From positions 5,659,434 to 5,723,433 of the forward strand of contig CM082593.2 of the NCBI GenBank assembly GCA_040954595.2: a stretch of 64,000 nt of DNA, given 5' to 3'. Shown here piece by piece: positions 1 to 13,645 of this stretch (position 1 is the stretch's first letter; each line of letters begins with the position of its first letter). A program made the position numbers and the translations under genes. The stretch comes from Balanoglossus misakiensis. Lineage: Eukaryota > Animalia > Hemichordata. The notes below the pieces were generated by a model that saw only the letters and a program-made list of their open reading frames with translations, did no database searches and was not told the DNA's origin.

Positions 1-434
1 TTAAAAACAAAAATCTCGACTTCCAACAATATCCTCTTCAAGCTTCTGAATAGATTGCACACAATTAACAACTTTGGTTGCGCATTTCCAGCAAATTAAA
101 AAAAGTAAAATTCTCATCAAATTTTAAAAATTCAATTTAAAAGCATCCAATGCAGAAACAATATATACATGTCTTTTGTGGCATATCTTAATAACATCCT
201 GTTTTTCTCTAGGAGATTTTGAAAATAAGTTTTTGTGACATTGTCAAATTAAACGTAAAGCAACTTCACAGCTAAAGACTAGCAGTCATTAATAGAAGAT
301 ATACATGGTCCCTTCCCTGAAATATTTTTCAGTGGATTAAAATCTGAAGTGGCAAAGGTAAAGCAGGATTGCACAGATGCAAAATGGGTTGCTATGGTAA
401 CTAGCATATTATCTCCACAAACAGAAAGTGTTTT

Positions 435-523
435 TACCCTTTCACCACCATGGTTTGGTCTAATCCATTGTTTTCTGTGGTAAATTTGGACCTCTACAAA
501 GGGAAATGGGGGTGGGATGGTAA
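435..523. mobile_element. ~90-bp MITE, piggyBac-like family, degenerate copy in reverse orientation (CNOT6 3' region)
   Basis: ACCCTTTCACCACCATGGTTTGGTC...GGACCTCTAC...GGGAAATGGGGGTG is the reverse complement of the copies at 1500, 8448 and 15830. Confidence 0.7.
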
Positions 524-920
524 ACAGCTAAATTTCCTGACTAGCTAATTACCCCTTACATCATCGATGATGGACGCAGTGCATTCAACTGCTTCGAGTT
601 GCAAGTAAATGTTAATGATGCAATGAGAAGATATCAAGCAGGCAGCACAGGGGGGAGGGGAAGGCTTCAAAATGTTCACTGCAAACATTTCCATTACGGA
701 CCAATTTTGAAATCACGAGCGACACTGAAATTATGAAGTACATCACAGTGCATGGGGGGTAAATTCACAAACCAGGCTACAGACCATTGTAAATGCTTGC
801 ACTCAGAAAGACTTTAGATTTTAAGTAATTGTTTTCACATGACCTCGTTCGTACAGCGACAAGACCGATCTCTATGTACTCTATGTACAATCGCGATTTT
901 AAAAACAATACCTGTTATGG

Positions 921-3900
921 CTATCTGCGAGCAGTCAGGCTATTGCCCTGGTACGGAATGGGCATCTCGTACTCAGCCAGCAGCGCGAAGTGGTCGGACT
1001 GCACGTGCGGGTGCGGGCACCCCAGCACCTTGGCCTCGTCCATCCAGCGCGCCTCGACCGGCCCCAGCACGCCCAGCACTCGCATGCAGTGGTACGAGTA
1101 GCAGATGTAGTCGATGATGCCTTTGAAGTCGTAGGTGTAGTTGGTGAAATTCATGATGTTGCCCTCGTAGGAGCGCCGCAGCTTGAAGGCGTGGCACAGC
1201 TCGTTCGGATGGTCAATACTGGAGAAGTTTGCAAGGCAGGAATGGTACTTCATATCTTTGAAATCCGGGTGGCTAGTCAAGACTCTACCTTGGGTCAGGT
1301 ACTCGACCACACCTGTGCAAAACGGAAAGTTAACAGAATGGATCAGAACTAAGTTTCCAACCGGGCCAGCTCTGGGTTCATCGCAGACATTTTACCCGAG
1401 CTACCAAGGCATAACAAACATTTCAAAGAAACGCCCATGCTGCACATTTGTCATCGACATTCACCAATTCTCTCAGAGAAAGCCGTCAGATGACATAATT
1501 TAACCCTTTCACCCCCAGATCCCTCTTTCGCGGTCCAACCCTGCTGTAGAAATTAATAGATTTGGACTGGACCATAGTGGTGAAAGGGGTAATGGGGGGG
1601 GGGGGGGGGGGGCAGGGAGACGTACGTACCTGAATCTGGCAGTGAATTCAGATCCCCACAAAGTACTAACGGGATCGAATTGATATCCGGCGTGGTGGTG
1701 GCCCCTGGTCGGAAGCTGTGAGTGGACTCCTCCAGGAACGTCTTCATCTCACTCATGAACATCATCGTCTGGATCAGTTTGACGTCGCTGTACTCCGGAT
1801 CCCAGTGGATGTGCACGTTGGCGACCAGTATCAGCTGTCGTGCTGACGGTATTTCCCCAGGGTAACCTGTCGAAAAACACACAACGAATGATCGTGAAGC
1901 CAAGATGAAACCTCAGAGCACAGAAACCGGGACAGCTCCTGAATTTTCTCAAAACCTGACTGTGGCATCTGGATGCAGCATTGGTATATATTCATACATG
2001 AATATTCATGCTTATCCAAACTCAAGACCAGGAATTATTTAAGCAGTTTTAAAGACTTTTGGATTTTCCACGATTGGAGATTTTTCCATGACTAGTGTCA
2101 GGCTGTGCTTATGTGTCTCATCTGTCTGTCTCTGTGTGTGCTACTGTACTTACCATCAAAGATACCTTCTTTGGTTTCTAACAGAGCGGCAATGCCAATA
2201 TTGTCTTTGGGCATGACACGATTCAACATCTCTTCCGAGCCCTCGGCGTTGGCCATGGCTATCTGGTTAAACTCCACCACATGTTCCTTCACAAACGAAA
2301 ATCTGCCGAGAAGAACCAACAAGTTGTTGAGAGCAAGTTTCCTGTTTGATGTTTAAAGAAACCAACTGCTTCCTTCATTTCTGTCCGAGTCTTCAATCCC
2401 CTCCCCCCCTCTGTCCCTCCCTCCCCTATATCTCTTACTCACTTGCTTATCCTGTAAAATATGGCACATCCATCCACAAACTGTCGGTCATGCTCTCCCA
2501 TCGTCTTTGCCCTTGACTTTGGACTAAACACTCCGTCGTAACCCTGCAGCTTCAGTTCTGGCAGAAAAAAGTTGAAGTATTGTTCTGTCTCCACCTCCTG
2601 TCGAGAAAAAAGCAGACAGCTTGATCAGCAAAAACCACTTTCGGGGGGCACGGTTCCCACATCAGTACAAATACGTAGCAACCACATTTCCACAACGTCC
2701 AAGTATCACAAAGCCTAAAACGCAAACAAGAAATTGTCAAGGCTTACCTGTAAACTGATTATGTCAGCAGAATAGTGTTGAATTTCATGCATAATTCCTT
2801 TCCTTCTGTATTCCCAGTTCAACGCCCAGGACGGGCAGTAGCCATACAATTGCCTGGTGGCGTACTTGTCACAGAGTACGTTGTAACACATGACACTAAA
2901 AATACCTGTTGAAAACATTGAGGTCTCTTACCGAGTGTAATATACCAGAATGAGGTGGACAATACTGTAAAACACTTTATTTTCGCGAGTTAAATTTTTT
3001 GCGATATCGAGAGAGGCCACTGTTTCGCGAGTATTAATTTTCGCGTTCTCTTATTTCATTCACTGCATCATTATCTTCAAAAACAATTTACGCGACTTTT
3101 TATTTTCACGCTATTTTGGCTCTCGCGTATTTGGCGAAAATTAATTGCTCGCGAAAATAAAGTGTTTTACAGTAGTGGTGTTGTATGTTGAAGTAATCGT
3201 CCTTCATAGCATAACCATACTGTTTTACATGTACACAGATATACATATACTAGTGAACAAGAACTGTATATGATTGGTAATGGTTTCTACAGTGGGTGAG
3301 AATGGGGGTTATCTGTCGGGGGTGGGGGAGGGGGGTTTTAAGCTTACCTGTTGGCCTTGTTCTGTCCGGTTGTGATAGTGAAATCCACGGCCTGGTTGGC
3401 GGATCATTAATCGGCACTGCTAGAAAAAAAAAAAGGACAACGTATCTACTATCAGGATCGTCGCAAAACCTTTCAAAGTTTTGCTGCATTACCAAGATGT
3501 AAAGTCACGTAGGAGTCTCCAAAAATGTCTGTTCTCTATTTATTCTTCGTTTGACCTTTTCTGCCCTGTAGTGATGACTCACCTGCTAAGTTATCCAGCA
3601 TGTACGTGAGCAATTTTGATGTTCCATTGTGTTCTGTGTAAAGACTTAGAATATCCGAGGACAGCGGGTTTCCTTTGAGTCCCAGCGTTTGCAGCTGAAA
3701 CAGCCTGCCTAGTTCGTACGGTAACACGCGTAAACAATTGTTATTGAGCAATAATTCCCTGTGAATATCAAGAGAAAAGAGAGAGAGACCACTTTAGACC
3801 CCCGCGCTCAGAAATCCGATAACATTGTCGGAATCAGAATCAAGTTTCACATTATCAAATATTCCCACTGATTCTTTTGTTCTAACAGGTTGGTTCGACT

Positions 3901-5260
3901 CGGTCATCAATGGGAGAAACCATGTACTCAGCAAGGGCTATTTGAAAATAACTTTTTAGTAAGGCTAGGGCAGATTATACATGTAAGATACTGAAGACAA
4001 AGTATCAGATGGCCAACATATACCACCCAAATTCCATTTTCAGAACTATCATGCGAATTAAAATGTTAGTCTTAGAGGAAGCAGCCAATCATCAGTCTTG
4101 GCAGATTTTACAGAAATTCGTGTACACAGCACGTCTCTTTGTACGAATTCAATTCATTCTTTTTCGGGTATCAAGACCATTTTGTTTAGTCTAACACTGA
4201 ATGCCCTAGGGATTTCACAGCAAGTTGGATCTGTCTGTGCATTTCTCACACCTGAGTAGACAGACAAGTCTACTGGGGACTGGAGATACTTTTCAGGTTC
4301 ATAAAACGCCAGGCGACCTTTTCGCCCCAGCTGATCAAAACGACTGTCAAATGGGATGGAAACCAAACTTCTGTTTTTTTGTGAATTGCTGCATTGGGTG
4401 TGTGTGGCTCAATTGGTCGTACACAATGAGACGGTGAAAGTGGGGACACAACACAAAAATATGCTTTCACGGACAAAACATGTTTACAAAGCAGTACCGG
4501 ACTGCAGACAGACGTCCATTTTCCACATCATCGATGAAGTGACTTCAAAATAATTTGACACTGATCTGAAGATGGATCAGAAAACAAGCATTCAACGTTC
4601 CCGGGTTCCTCCAAGAAATATTGTAAGTTCAAAGGTCATCCCCTCACCTGAGATTGCTCATGTCACCCAGTTCAGCAGGCAAACTTCGCAACTTATTGGA
4701 TGAGAGGTCCAGAAATGTCAGTTTTCTCAGCTTGGCAATTTCTGGTGGAATTCTTGATAAATTATTGTCGTTCAAATACAACGATGTCAGGTGATTCAGT
4801 GTCCATAATTCGGGGCTTAAATTTCGCACGGTGCCTGGCGAAACAAAAAGACGATATTTAGTGACCAATCAGAGCATTCCACTCACTTTAAAGAAAATGG
4901 ACAGGGAACCAATCACAACCTCTCTTTCATTGCACAAGCTTCGCACAAATGTGATATGACTGTTAATTGGCCATTGAATGGACCGGCCTACATAAAGTCA
5001 TGCTGATACTTCGAGTAGTATACAACATCTGTTAACACGACACTTGCACAACAACATATGTATTTATAACTAAGTTAATAATTGCGAAGGTCACAACATC
5101 CAATTTTGTTTACATCGGGCCCGAAATAGCCAAACACGAAAAACTCACCAGTTATTTCCAGTTCTGGCCAATGTGAGGGCTTCCCGGACGCTATATCATC
5201 TGAAGACATTATCTTATAGGCCCGCCGAGGATTCGGCGGTTCATACTTCTCCTTTGGCAT
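921..5260 (-). CDS. CNOT6: CCR4-NOT complex subunit 6 (CCR4 deadenylase; LRR + EEP nuclease domains), 9 coding exons, ~545 aa
   Basis: Exons 5260-5149, 4834-4648, 3758-3583, 3419-3348, 2905-2748, 2597-2443, 2302-2154, 1866-1630, 1312-921; all GT-AG, total 1638 nt. N-terminus MPKEKYEPPNPRR, LRRs (LTSLYLNDNNLSRIP, LDLSSNKLRSLP) and EEP motifs CYNVLCDKY, IISLQEVE, HIHWDPEYSDVK, CGDLNSLPDSG, IIDYI, SDH. Confidence 0.96.
1500..1592. mobile_element. ~90-bp MITE with TTAA/CCCTTTCAC...GTGAAAGGG termini (piggyBac-like)
   Basis: TTAACCCTTTCACC at the left end, GGTGAAAGGGGTAA at the right end, plus an internal GGTCCAA/TTGGAC inverted pair; homologous copies occur elsewhere in the window. Confidence 0.75.
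2963..3174. mobile_element. 212-bp MITE with perfect 27-bp terminal inverted repeats including flanking TA (Tc1/mariner-type target site)
   Basis: TACTGTAAAACACTTTATTTTCGCGAG (2963-2989) is the exact reverse complement of CTCGCGAAAATAAAGTGTTTTACAGTA (3148-3174). Internal TTTCGCG repeats, no ORF; lies in CNOT6 intron 4. Confidence 0.88.
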
Positions 5261-7235
5261 TTTCGAAGCCTTATCTGCAAAAACAAGAGCGACATTCACA
5301 ATACGTGACACTCTGTGGTTTATGTGTGGAAGACGCTTGTGTGATAATGGCTTACAGACTCCAGGTTGTGATGGCAGGAAAATTGATTGGCGAGTCAATA
5401 TTATTGTGGTACGGTCTGTGGATATGATATTTACACAGGCATAAATTGAAACACAACATCCGTTACTGTTATCACACAAGCATATTACAGGCACCATGTG
5501 TGCGCAATAGACACATCCATCAATCACACTTAACTCTGCGAAGGTGTGAAACTGTGGATTGGTTTAACCAGGCATCCATTCATGCTTCCAATGTTTGTTG
5601 GATAATTCAATGCATATAGAGTTCGGTATACTACTAGTGATGTATATAACAGTTTTTGTGGTGGAAAGTGGCCAAAATATGAATAACACAATAAAAATTT
5701 ACTTTACAAAAACTCCATTCATATTCAAATTTTATTCATGGGAGCTATATGGTATTGTAATGGTTAGACATATGACCACTGAAACTGTTGTCAATGATCT
5801 CAACTTATACCAGCACTATTTATTAATATTCACCAATACAGAACTAACAGTGCATAACAATTATCCATTTGTCAAAATATAATGTATTTTGCAAAAGCCA
5901 GATACCCTGTAAATAAATATTTGTATTCTGTCAGTTCATAATAAATTTAGCATGACCTCAGGTAAGAAGTGGAACTGCAACCGCTCCATGAGGATGACAT
6001 TAACCCTAACGCTGCCAAGTCAGTTGAAAATGGTTTGATTTCCAGGGTGCTTAGAATCCTGTGACCAGTGTCCCATTAATTGTGAATGCAAATATAAAAT
6101 GTGCAAAAAGTGAACCTGCTGTCCACACTGGGAATGCATAAAATTAAAAACAGACACTCTCAGAGAATTAGTGCCAGAAGTGTGGGTTAGGTGACCTATA
6201 TTTTCCCCCAGCCACTTTGGTGGAGGGATTGAGTTGAACTTCTTGAGGTTGTTGTTTCTGAAACCCTGGCTCAGTAGTTGTAAACACTACAGTTTCATAA
6301 TTAGAATAACAATAGCAATCAATTGTGTGCGCAGAAAGCGACACTGAAATTGAAAACACTGCTGAACAGCTTGGGAAACTTACTCCCTAGCACACACGCT
6401 TTCACAAATCCAAAAATCAAATCATGTGTGTATCAGATCTTTTTGGTAATAGTTGATTTCCTATGGCTTCCTTTTCGAGGAAGCCCTCAGAAATAGGTCA
6501 GCCTTTATTGCTGTAATAATTCCAGCAATTTTATGGTGTGTAATATCCTGATTGACAAGTTACCCAAGGATTTCACTTTTGAATAACAAGATCTAACGAT
6601 CTACCGTGGGTTTTTTTTGTATTACTGTTTGGCAACTGAGCTGCATAGTAGTGGAATTATGGGGAACCCCCATTCACCACGAGGTTTAGACTGAATAATT
6701 ACTGACAGCGATCGACAGCCTAATAGTACACAATATACATATTAAAACCGTGATCGCGTTTGTCTACTGTACTAGTCATCAGTTGTACACAATCGCATCC
6801 GGTGGGATCTCCCGATTTTCGCTTCTTTTATTCCACAAACTCAAATAGCTTGCAGGAGAGCGTCGTGCGAGATGTGTGTTTTGAAAATATGTACATAGCG
6901 CTCAATGCCCTGTGACACGTACTTGAACTGGACAAAGAGCGGGTACGTTGTTTCTGGGGAAGCCCACAGCTGGGAACAATCGCTTTGAACAGACGATCGA
7001 AGATCTAAATGAGCCAACAACATCCGCCATTTCCTTTAATTTTCAGTAGGTTTACGACAAAGCCAAAATTGCTGACTGCTTTATTTTTGAAACCCTGATG
7101 GATCCCGCTGGTTTATTTTTCCAGTTTCGTGCTTTCGATTTTACCGCCTATTCTTTGATATTTTAAACCGGGAAAATCAAGAAGTTAAAATAAAGTGCGA
7201 CACTTTATTCGGGGAAAAGGCTAACGTATACTTAC

Positions 7236-7724
7236 CTTCATTGAACTGAAATTTAGCTGTGTCCGGGCGATTCGTCAAGAATTGGTGGCAAAGTTGGAAA
7301 AAACACTGAAATCAGCAAGAAAATCCAACATGGCAGCCAAACAAAAAGACACTGGGATTACCCTTACGGAACTGTTTGAAACGAAGCTTGTGATTGGCCA
7401 ATTATCTAATATACCTGCATAAATTATTGTAAAGTGTCAACATTCAGGGGTTCTCGCAGGCTCGTACCTATCATTCTGAAATATACAAGTCGTGTTACAT
7501 GTCAATTACACGGTTTTATTGAAATATATCTCAAATTGTCGGGTGTTCTTTTTCTCAAATTCGAAATGTCTTCTGATACAATAGACAAGAAACGAAACAT
7601 ATCGAAAACAGATTGTTACATTTGACTGTGTCGAGAAAAAATTATACATACAACGATTTTCCAGAACAGCCTCTTTTACTTCGGTCCCATCCGGCATTTT
7701 TCGGTACGCTTCGCGTAAAACAAA
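7236..7724. promoter_or_regulatory. Putative bidirectional promoter shared by CNOT6 (probable non-coding first exon ending at 7236) and MRPL1
   Basis: Minus-strand donor AAG|GTAAGT at 7236/7235. Back-to-back CCAAT boxes GATTGGCCAAT at 7392-7402, CpG-rich sequence, and a YY1-like AAAATGGCCGC overlapping the MRPL1 ATG. Confidence 0.55.
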
Positions 7725-10555
7725 ATGGCCGCGTCCTTTGGTAGCAAAGGTTGGTCTCTGGTCTAATTTACAATTTTACATTAACCCTTTGAGGAAAACT
7801 AATTCACCTGCGAGATATATAAGTGAGAGTTATGCTGTGTCAAAGTGGAGTGACCGGTGATGAGGAAAGTTACACATTGCGCACACATGCTCAGTCAGCG
7901 TGCACATGTGTATGGTGTAGTGATGTAAACACGTGTAAATGTGTGATTGTCATGACATTGACAGGGGGGGGGGGGGCTGGTGGGAAAGACAGTCCAGGGA
8001 TTGACAAAATACAGCAATGAGTGTTCTGGACTCGAGTTGTATTACACTCACTTGACTCGTCCAATACACCACATGTGTTGGCCTGGTTCATGGATTGCTG
8101 TATTTTGTGAATAACTTCTTTTTGCATTGCTGATGTCCAGTCATACCATCAAAACAAGGGGGCTGCATACACCCAATAGTTGTGGTGAATGGGATTAAGC
8201 AATTTGAAATGCTCATACTCTCTTTCTATTTCAGTTCTTGTTCGATATGTGTCGGGCTGTCTCCTAAGATCGCACAAAACATTGAGGTGGACTGTACAAG
8301 CAGCAAGTTATCGGCAACAATCAGCATTACATCCTGTAGCAGCTAGTCTAATTCATTTCAAATTTTATTCAACTAGGTGAGTATCTGTTGTTACAAACTG
8401 GTGTATTGCACTCATAGCCAACATTTGATTGACTGTCACTGAGCTTTTAAACCCTTTCACCCCCAGTTCCCTCTATAGAGGTCCAACTTTTCCATAGAAA
8501 ACAATGGAGTTGGACCAAACCATGGTGGTAAAAGGGTTAAACAAACAGACAGACAGACATGTCAATCTTTCTCTCCATGACAAATGCATCATTATGACAG
8601 AATAGTACATCCTGGTTACATTTCCAGAACTCCAGACTGAGAGGTCCACAATCATCTTCTTATGTGAGATTTGTGTGTGTGTACTTTTTTCAGTTCTGCA
8701 GGAAGTGAATCTAGTTATGAATCTGACATTGAAGAAGAAGACAGCGAGGATTTATTGGTCAAAGCATCAAGGCCCAAAGGTTACCTGGCATGGGAACCGG
8801 TGGATGACGTCTATGTCTTGAACCACTACCCACCCAAACAACACACGCTGGATGAAGCTTTAGATAAACTTAGAAGGAAGTCAGAGTGGGCCTGGTGTCG
8901 CAAAGAAGGGAAATATTCCGACAGAACTGTAACAGTGAATCTACAGCTTGACATGAAGTTAGTGAAGAAGGTAAGTATTCGTAGATAGATCAAACAAAAA
9001 ATCTTAAGTCCTGAAAATTTGGCCTAAAATATAGGCCTAAACAGGGATCCAACCAAATAACTGCTTTCAATGTACTGCTTGGAAATCTGTTTATGCTAAC
9101 TGATTTCTGATTGGTTGTTTCAATTGAGTGATTATGCAAATCATGTGATGATTGATTCCAACAAGATATCAAGTTTACTAATATGTTGTTCTTTCTCTTT
9201 AATATTACAGAAAAAAGTTGATATCTTTCAAAACATCGTTATATATCCCTATCCGTTCAAAACAGATAATAAAGTTCTGTGTTTTACAAAGGTGAGTCAC
9301 CAAGGGGATAAACCGCTGTCGGGCATGACTTCATGATGATGAAAGCTCTGTGATGTATAATACATACAATTTGCGACACTACAAAGTTAAGAGGTCAATT
9401 AGCTGTAACATCTGCCTCCTTTTCGGTACTTTAATGCATTTTTTTTTCTTTTCAAAATCCACAAGAGTCCCAGTGATGCGAACGTAGCAAAAGAATGCGG
9501 TGCGGACATCGTCGGTGGTAGTGAGCTCATCGACGATATCGTCCAGAACAAGTTGGTCTTTGATTACTGCGTAGCTACACCAGACATCATGGCCGATATT
9601 TCTTCTTTGAAGAGTGTACTCAGGAAGAGGTTCCCAAACTCAAGAAGACGTAAGCTGCTTCATCATTTTCCACTAGGATGATGTATTCAGCTCTGTGAAA
9701 TTGTTTCTGTGTATCAGCACTCAATGTCACATCATCTGTGTCTCATCATCTTGTTTGAATTTTTCAGAGTCTGTCAGTCGAGACATTGCTGGAATGATAC
9801 ACCTGTACAAGAAAGGACAGATGTTTAAATGCTGGAAACCTCACTTTGTTAATGTGTCAGTCGGCAAGGTGAGTTGCCGGTAGTTTTCTGTGATGTATTT
9901 CTGATGTTTTCATGTCTCACAGTCTCTTATATGTAGTTGTCGAAAAAGTAATCAGAGAGAGAGGTATTTGAAATGCCCCTTTTTGATATACAATGAATAT
10001 TGTAACATCTACGGGATTTGCAGTGAATGCATGAATCAACCTGTCATATGGAATTAATGAACTTTATTTTATTTCAGTTGAGTCAACCCAATGAACACTT
10101 ATCAGAAAACATAAGGACGCTGATACATGCAGTTAGTGAACAGAAACCAGCTAAATACTGTGAGTATACCATATTTAAATCTAATTTAGATCCGAGTGCT
10201 TAAGGCTGAACTGAAAAATAGCAACAAGGATTATTCTGAACTCTTGAATATTGCAAAGTTGGACTTGCAAAATAGATTTGTCATTTAGACTTTGTTAGTC
10301 TTTGCAGAAAAATGTTTAGAAAGTTTAACCATCATGCAGAAAAGTTTTTTCTCCAATGCTGCCTGGTATTAAAGGTCAATGACCCCATCAAAAGTCATGA
10401 CCTTGCTAATAATTGATTGTTATTCATTTTCAGGGCCATTTGTCACCAGAGTGGTGTTAACAGCCTTCCTGTTAGATGGCTACAGAATCGAATTCGAACA
10501 CTATTTACCCATACCTGATGAGGATGCTATTGAACTCGAAGAAATCAAAATGTAG
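7725..10555 (+). CDS. MRPL1: Mitochondrial ribosomal protein uL1m, 8 exons, ~337 aa
   Basis: Exons 7725-7749, 8235-8376, 8694-8970, 9211-9291, 9466-9649, 9768-9868, 10078-10159, 10434-10555 (1014 nt, in frame). Arg/Ser-rich transit-like N-terminus; L1 motifs AKECGADIVGGSELI, FDYCVATPDIM, SVGKL, ENIRTLI. Confidence 0.9.
8448..8540. mobile_element. ~90-bp piggyBac-like MITE copy (MRPL1 intron 2)
   Basis: TAAACCCTTTCACCCCCAGTTCCCTCT...CCATGGTGGTAAAAGGGTTAA; very similar to the copy at 15830. Confidence 0.8.
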
Positions 10556-11805
10556 TCGACTTCAGCGAGTTGTCTTCTGAGTGCCACAATTGAGACAGAG
10601 CTGGATCGGACATCTTGTAGCTAGTCAAGTTTTCTGATGAAAGGTGCAACATGTTTCCGACAGTGCTGAGAAAGTGATTGCAACCAGTGGGGGGTCAAAT
10701 GCCAGGTCCTCTCGTAGAGCTGACGATAGCCGATCCAGGTCATTGTCCTGTGGAGTTGGAATGTGATAAGCAGGGACCTTCAAGTTGCGTTACCTAACAT
10801 TGTGTGTGTTGTGAATTCCTTACACACAAGGTCGCAACACCTCTGAGATCATTGACCCTTGAACTCTGTACAAACCACGATGTAGCATGGACTGTTCCTC
10901 AATAGGTCTGATGCACGAAACAAGTCATACATTTCAACTGGAGAGATTTGTCAGGGTTTATAATTGGAGAAAGCAAGCTCACTGACAAATGCAACTGTCA
11001 CGGAAAATCGGCATGATCTACCACTGTACACATAATATTGCCCATGGTAATAAACACAGTTTAACCCAAAAAGATTCACTTCTCTTTCTTACATATTCTG
11101 TTGGACAAAATAACAATGATAATGTTGTTACATCAAAGTATATCTTTACTGCTTGGATACAACATGAATGATCCACAACTATTACACAAAATATATACAA
11201 CATTTTCAACTATTTACATCTCTTTTCCAGGATCTTGGGTAATTTAGTATGCTGAGTAGGCCTATAAAGTACGAGAGACGAATATTTCTGACACTGAGTT
11301 GTGATTTAGTGACTTTACTACACATAAATACACACATCTCCAAGTAAATTGACCTCAAGCAATGCACTGAACACACACCATTAGTCCATTTCACCACTCG
11401 GCTGTTTAACCAGGATACACATAACCACTGCCATGGCAACAATCAATGGAATCCATGACGACAGACAAGCTATAAAGCCATCGCACATATTTCTTAGGTT
11501 CCTGGGCCTTTGTTACTGTTACAGTTACCGTGACGACTGAGCCCAAGAAGGAATTTCTCTTCATCAGTAATTTTAGCAGCCGTTTGACATTTCAAATCGT
11601 TAAGTGAAATGATGGAACTTAATTACCCAAATTGCGAGTGGAACTCGACTGTTCAAATGATCTCTCGAATTCCTCTTAATACTGGGCTTGTCTACTTGAA
11701 ACAAAATCACATGCACAGTTGCAGACTTGACATTGAGTTGGTATTTGAGAAATAACATGATTGTCAGAACCAGAATGTCACAAATCTTCAATTTGGAAGC
11801 AGTTC

Positions 11806-13273
<1,468 letters not shown>

Positions 13274-13645
13274 GTTCAGACTCTGAACGCCGACCAGTGT
13301 ACAATGTAGTCGATTTCAAAACAGGAAGTAGTGGGCAGGTAAATATGCAACATGTCAATGGATAAGATCTCGACCAATCAGCTAGCTTGTTACATGTTAC
13401 GTGATTCAGGTTACTCGGAGGTCACAAATGCGTCATATCACGCGTCATGATAGGCTCCCTCACACGACGATGTATGTTGAATTTGTAGTGCAGCAGACAG
13501 CGTTTCAGCATATCCACTCCGTCACACACACAGTTCGCATGGTCGTGCGTTTGTAGTGGTCTAAATACTTGACACAGCCCGCCAGCAAACGTCAACAAAC
13601 CCAGACATCAACTTTGTAAAAGAGGAAACGAACGACAGCAGGAAA
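13274..13645. promoter_or_regulatory. Putative bidirectional promoter between DNAJC12 and LRPAP1
   Basis: Only 372 bp between divergent ATGs. Contains an ETS site CAGGAAGT (~13322), CCAATCA (13374), TTACGTGA and bZIP-like ATGCGTCAT / CACGCGTCAT. Confidence 0.6.

Noticed and set aside
829-1352. Stack of overlapping sense and antisense ORFs on the last CNOT6 exon
   Set aside because: Expected from the very high GC3, which removes stops from alternative frames; no independent homology recognised.
2963-3174. Shared TTTCGCGA motif between the TA-MITE and the type-B satellite, suggesting common origin
   Set aside because: The similarity is limited to about 8-10 nt of low-complexity palindrome, which is insufficient to infer homology.
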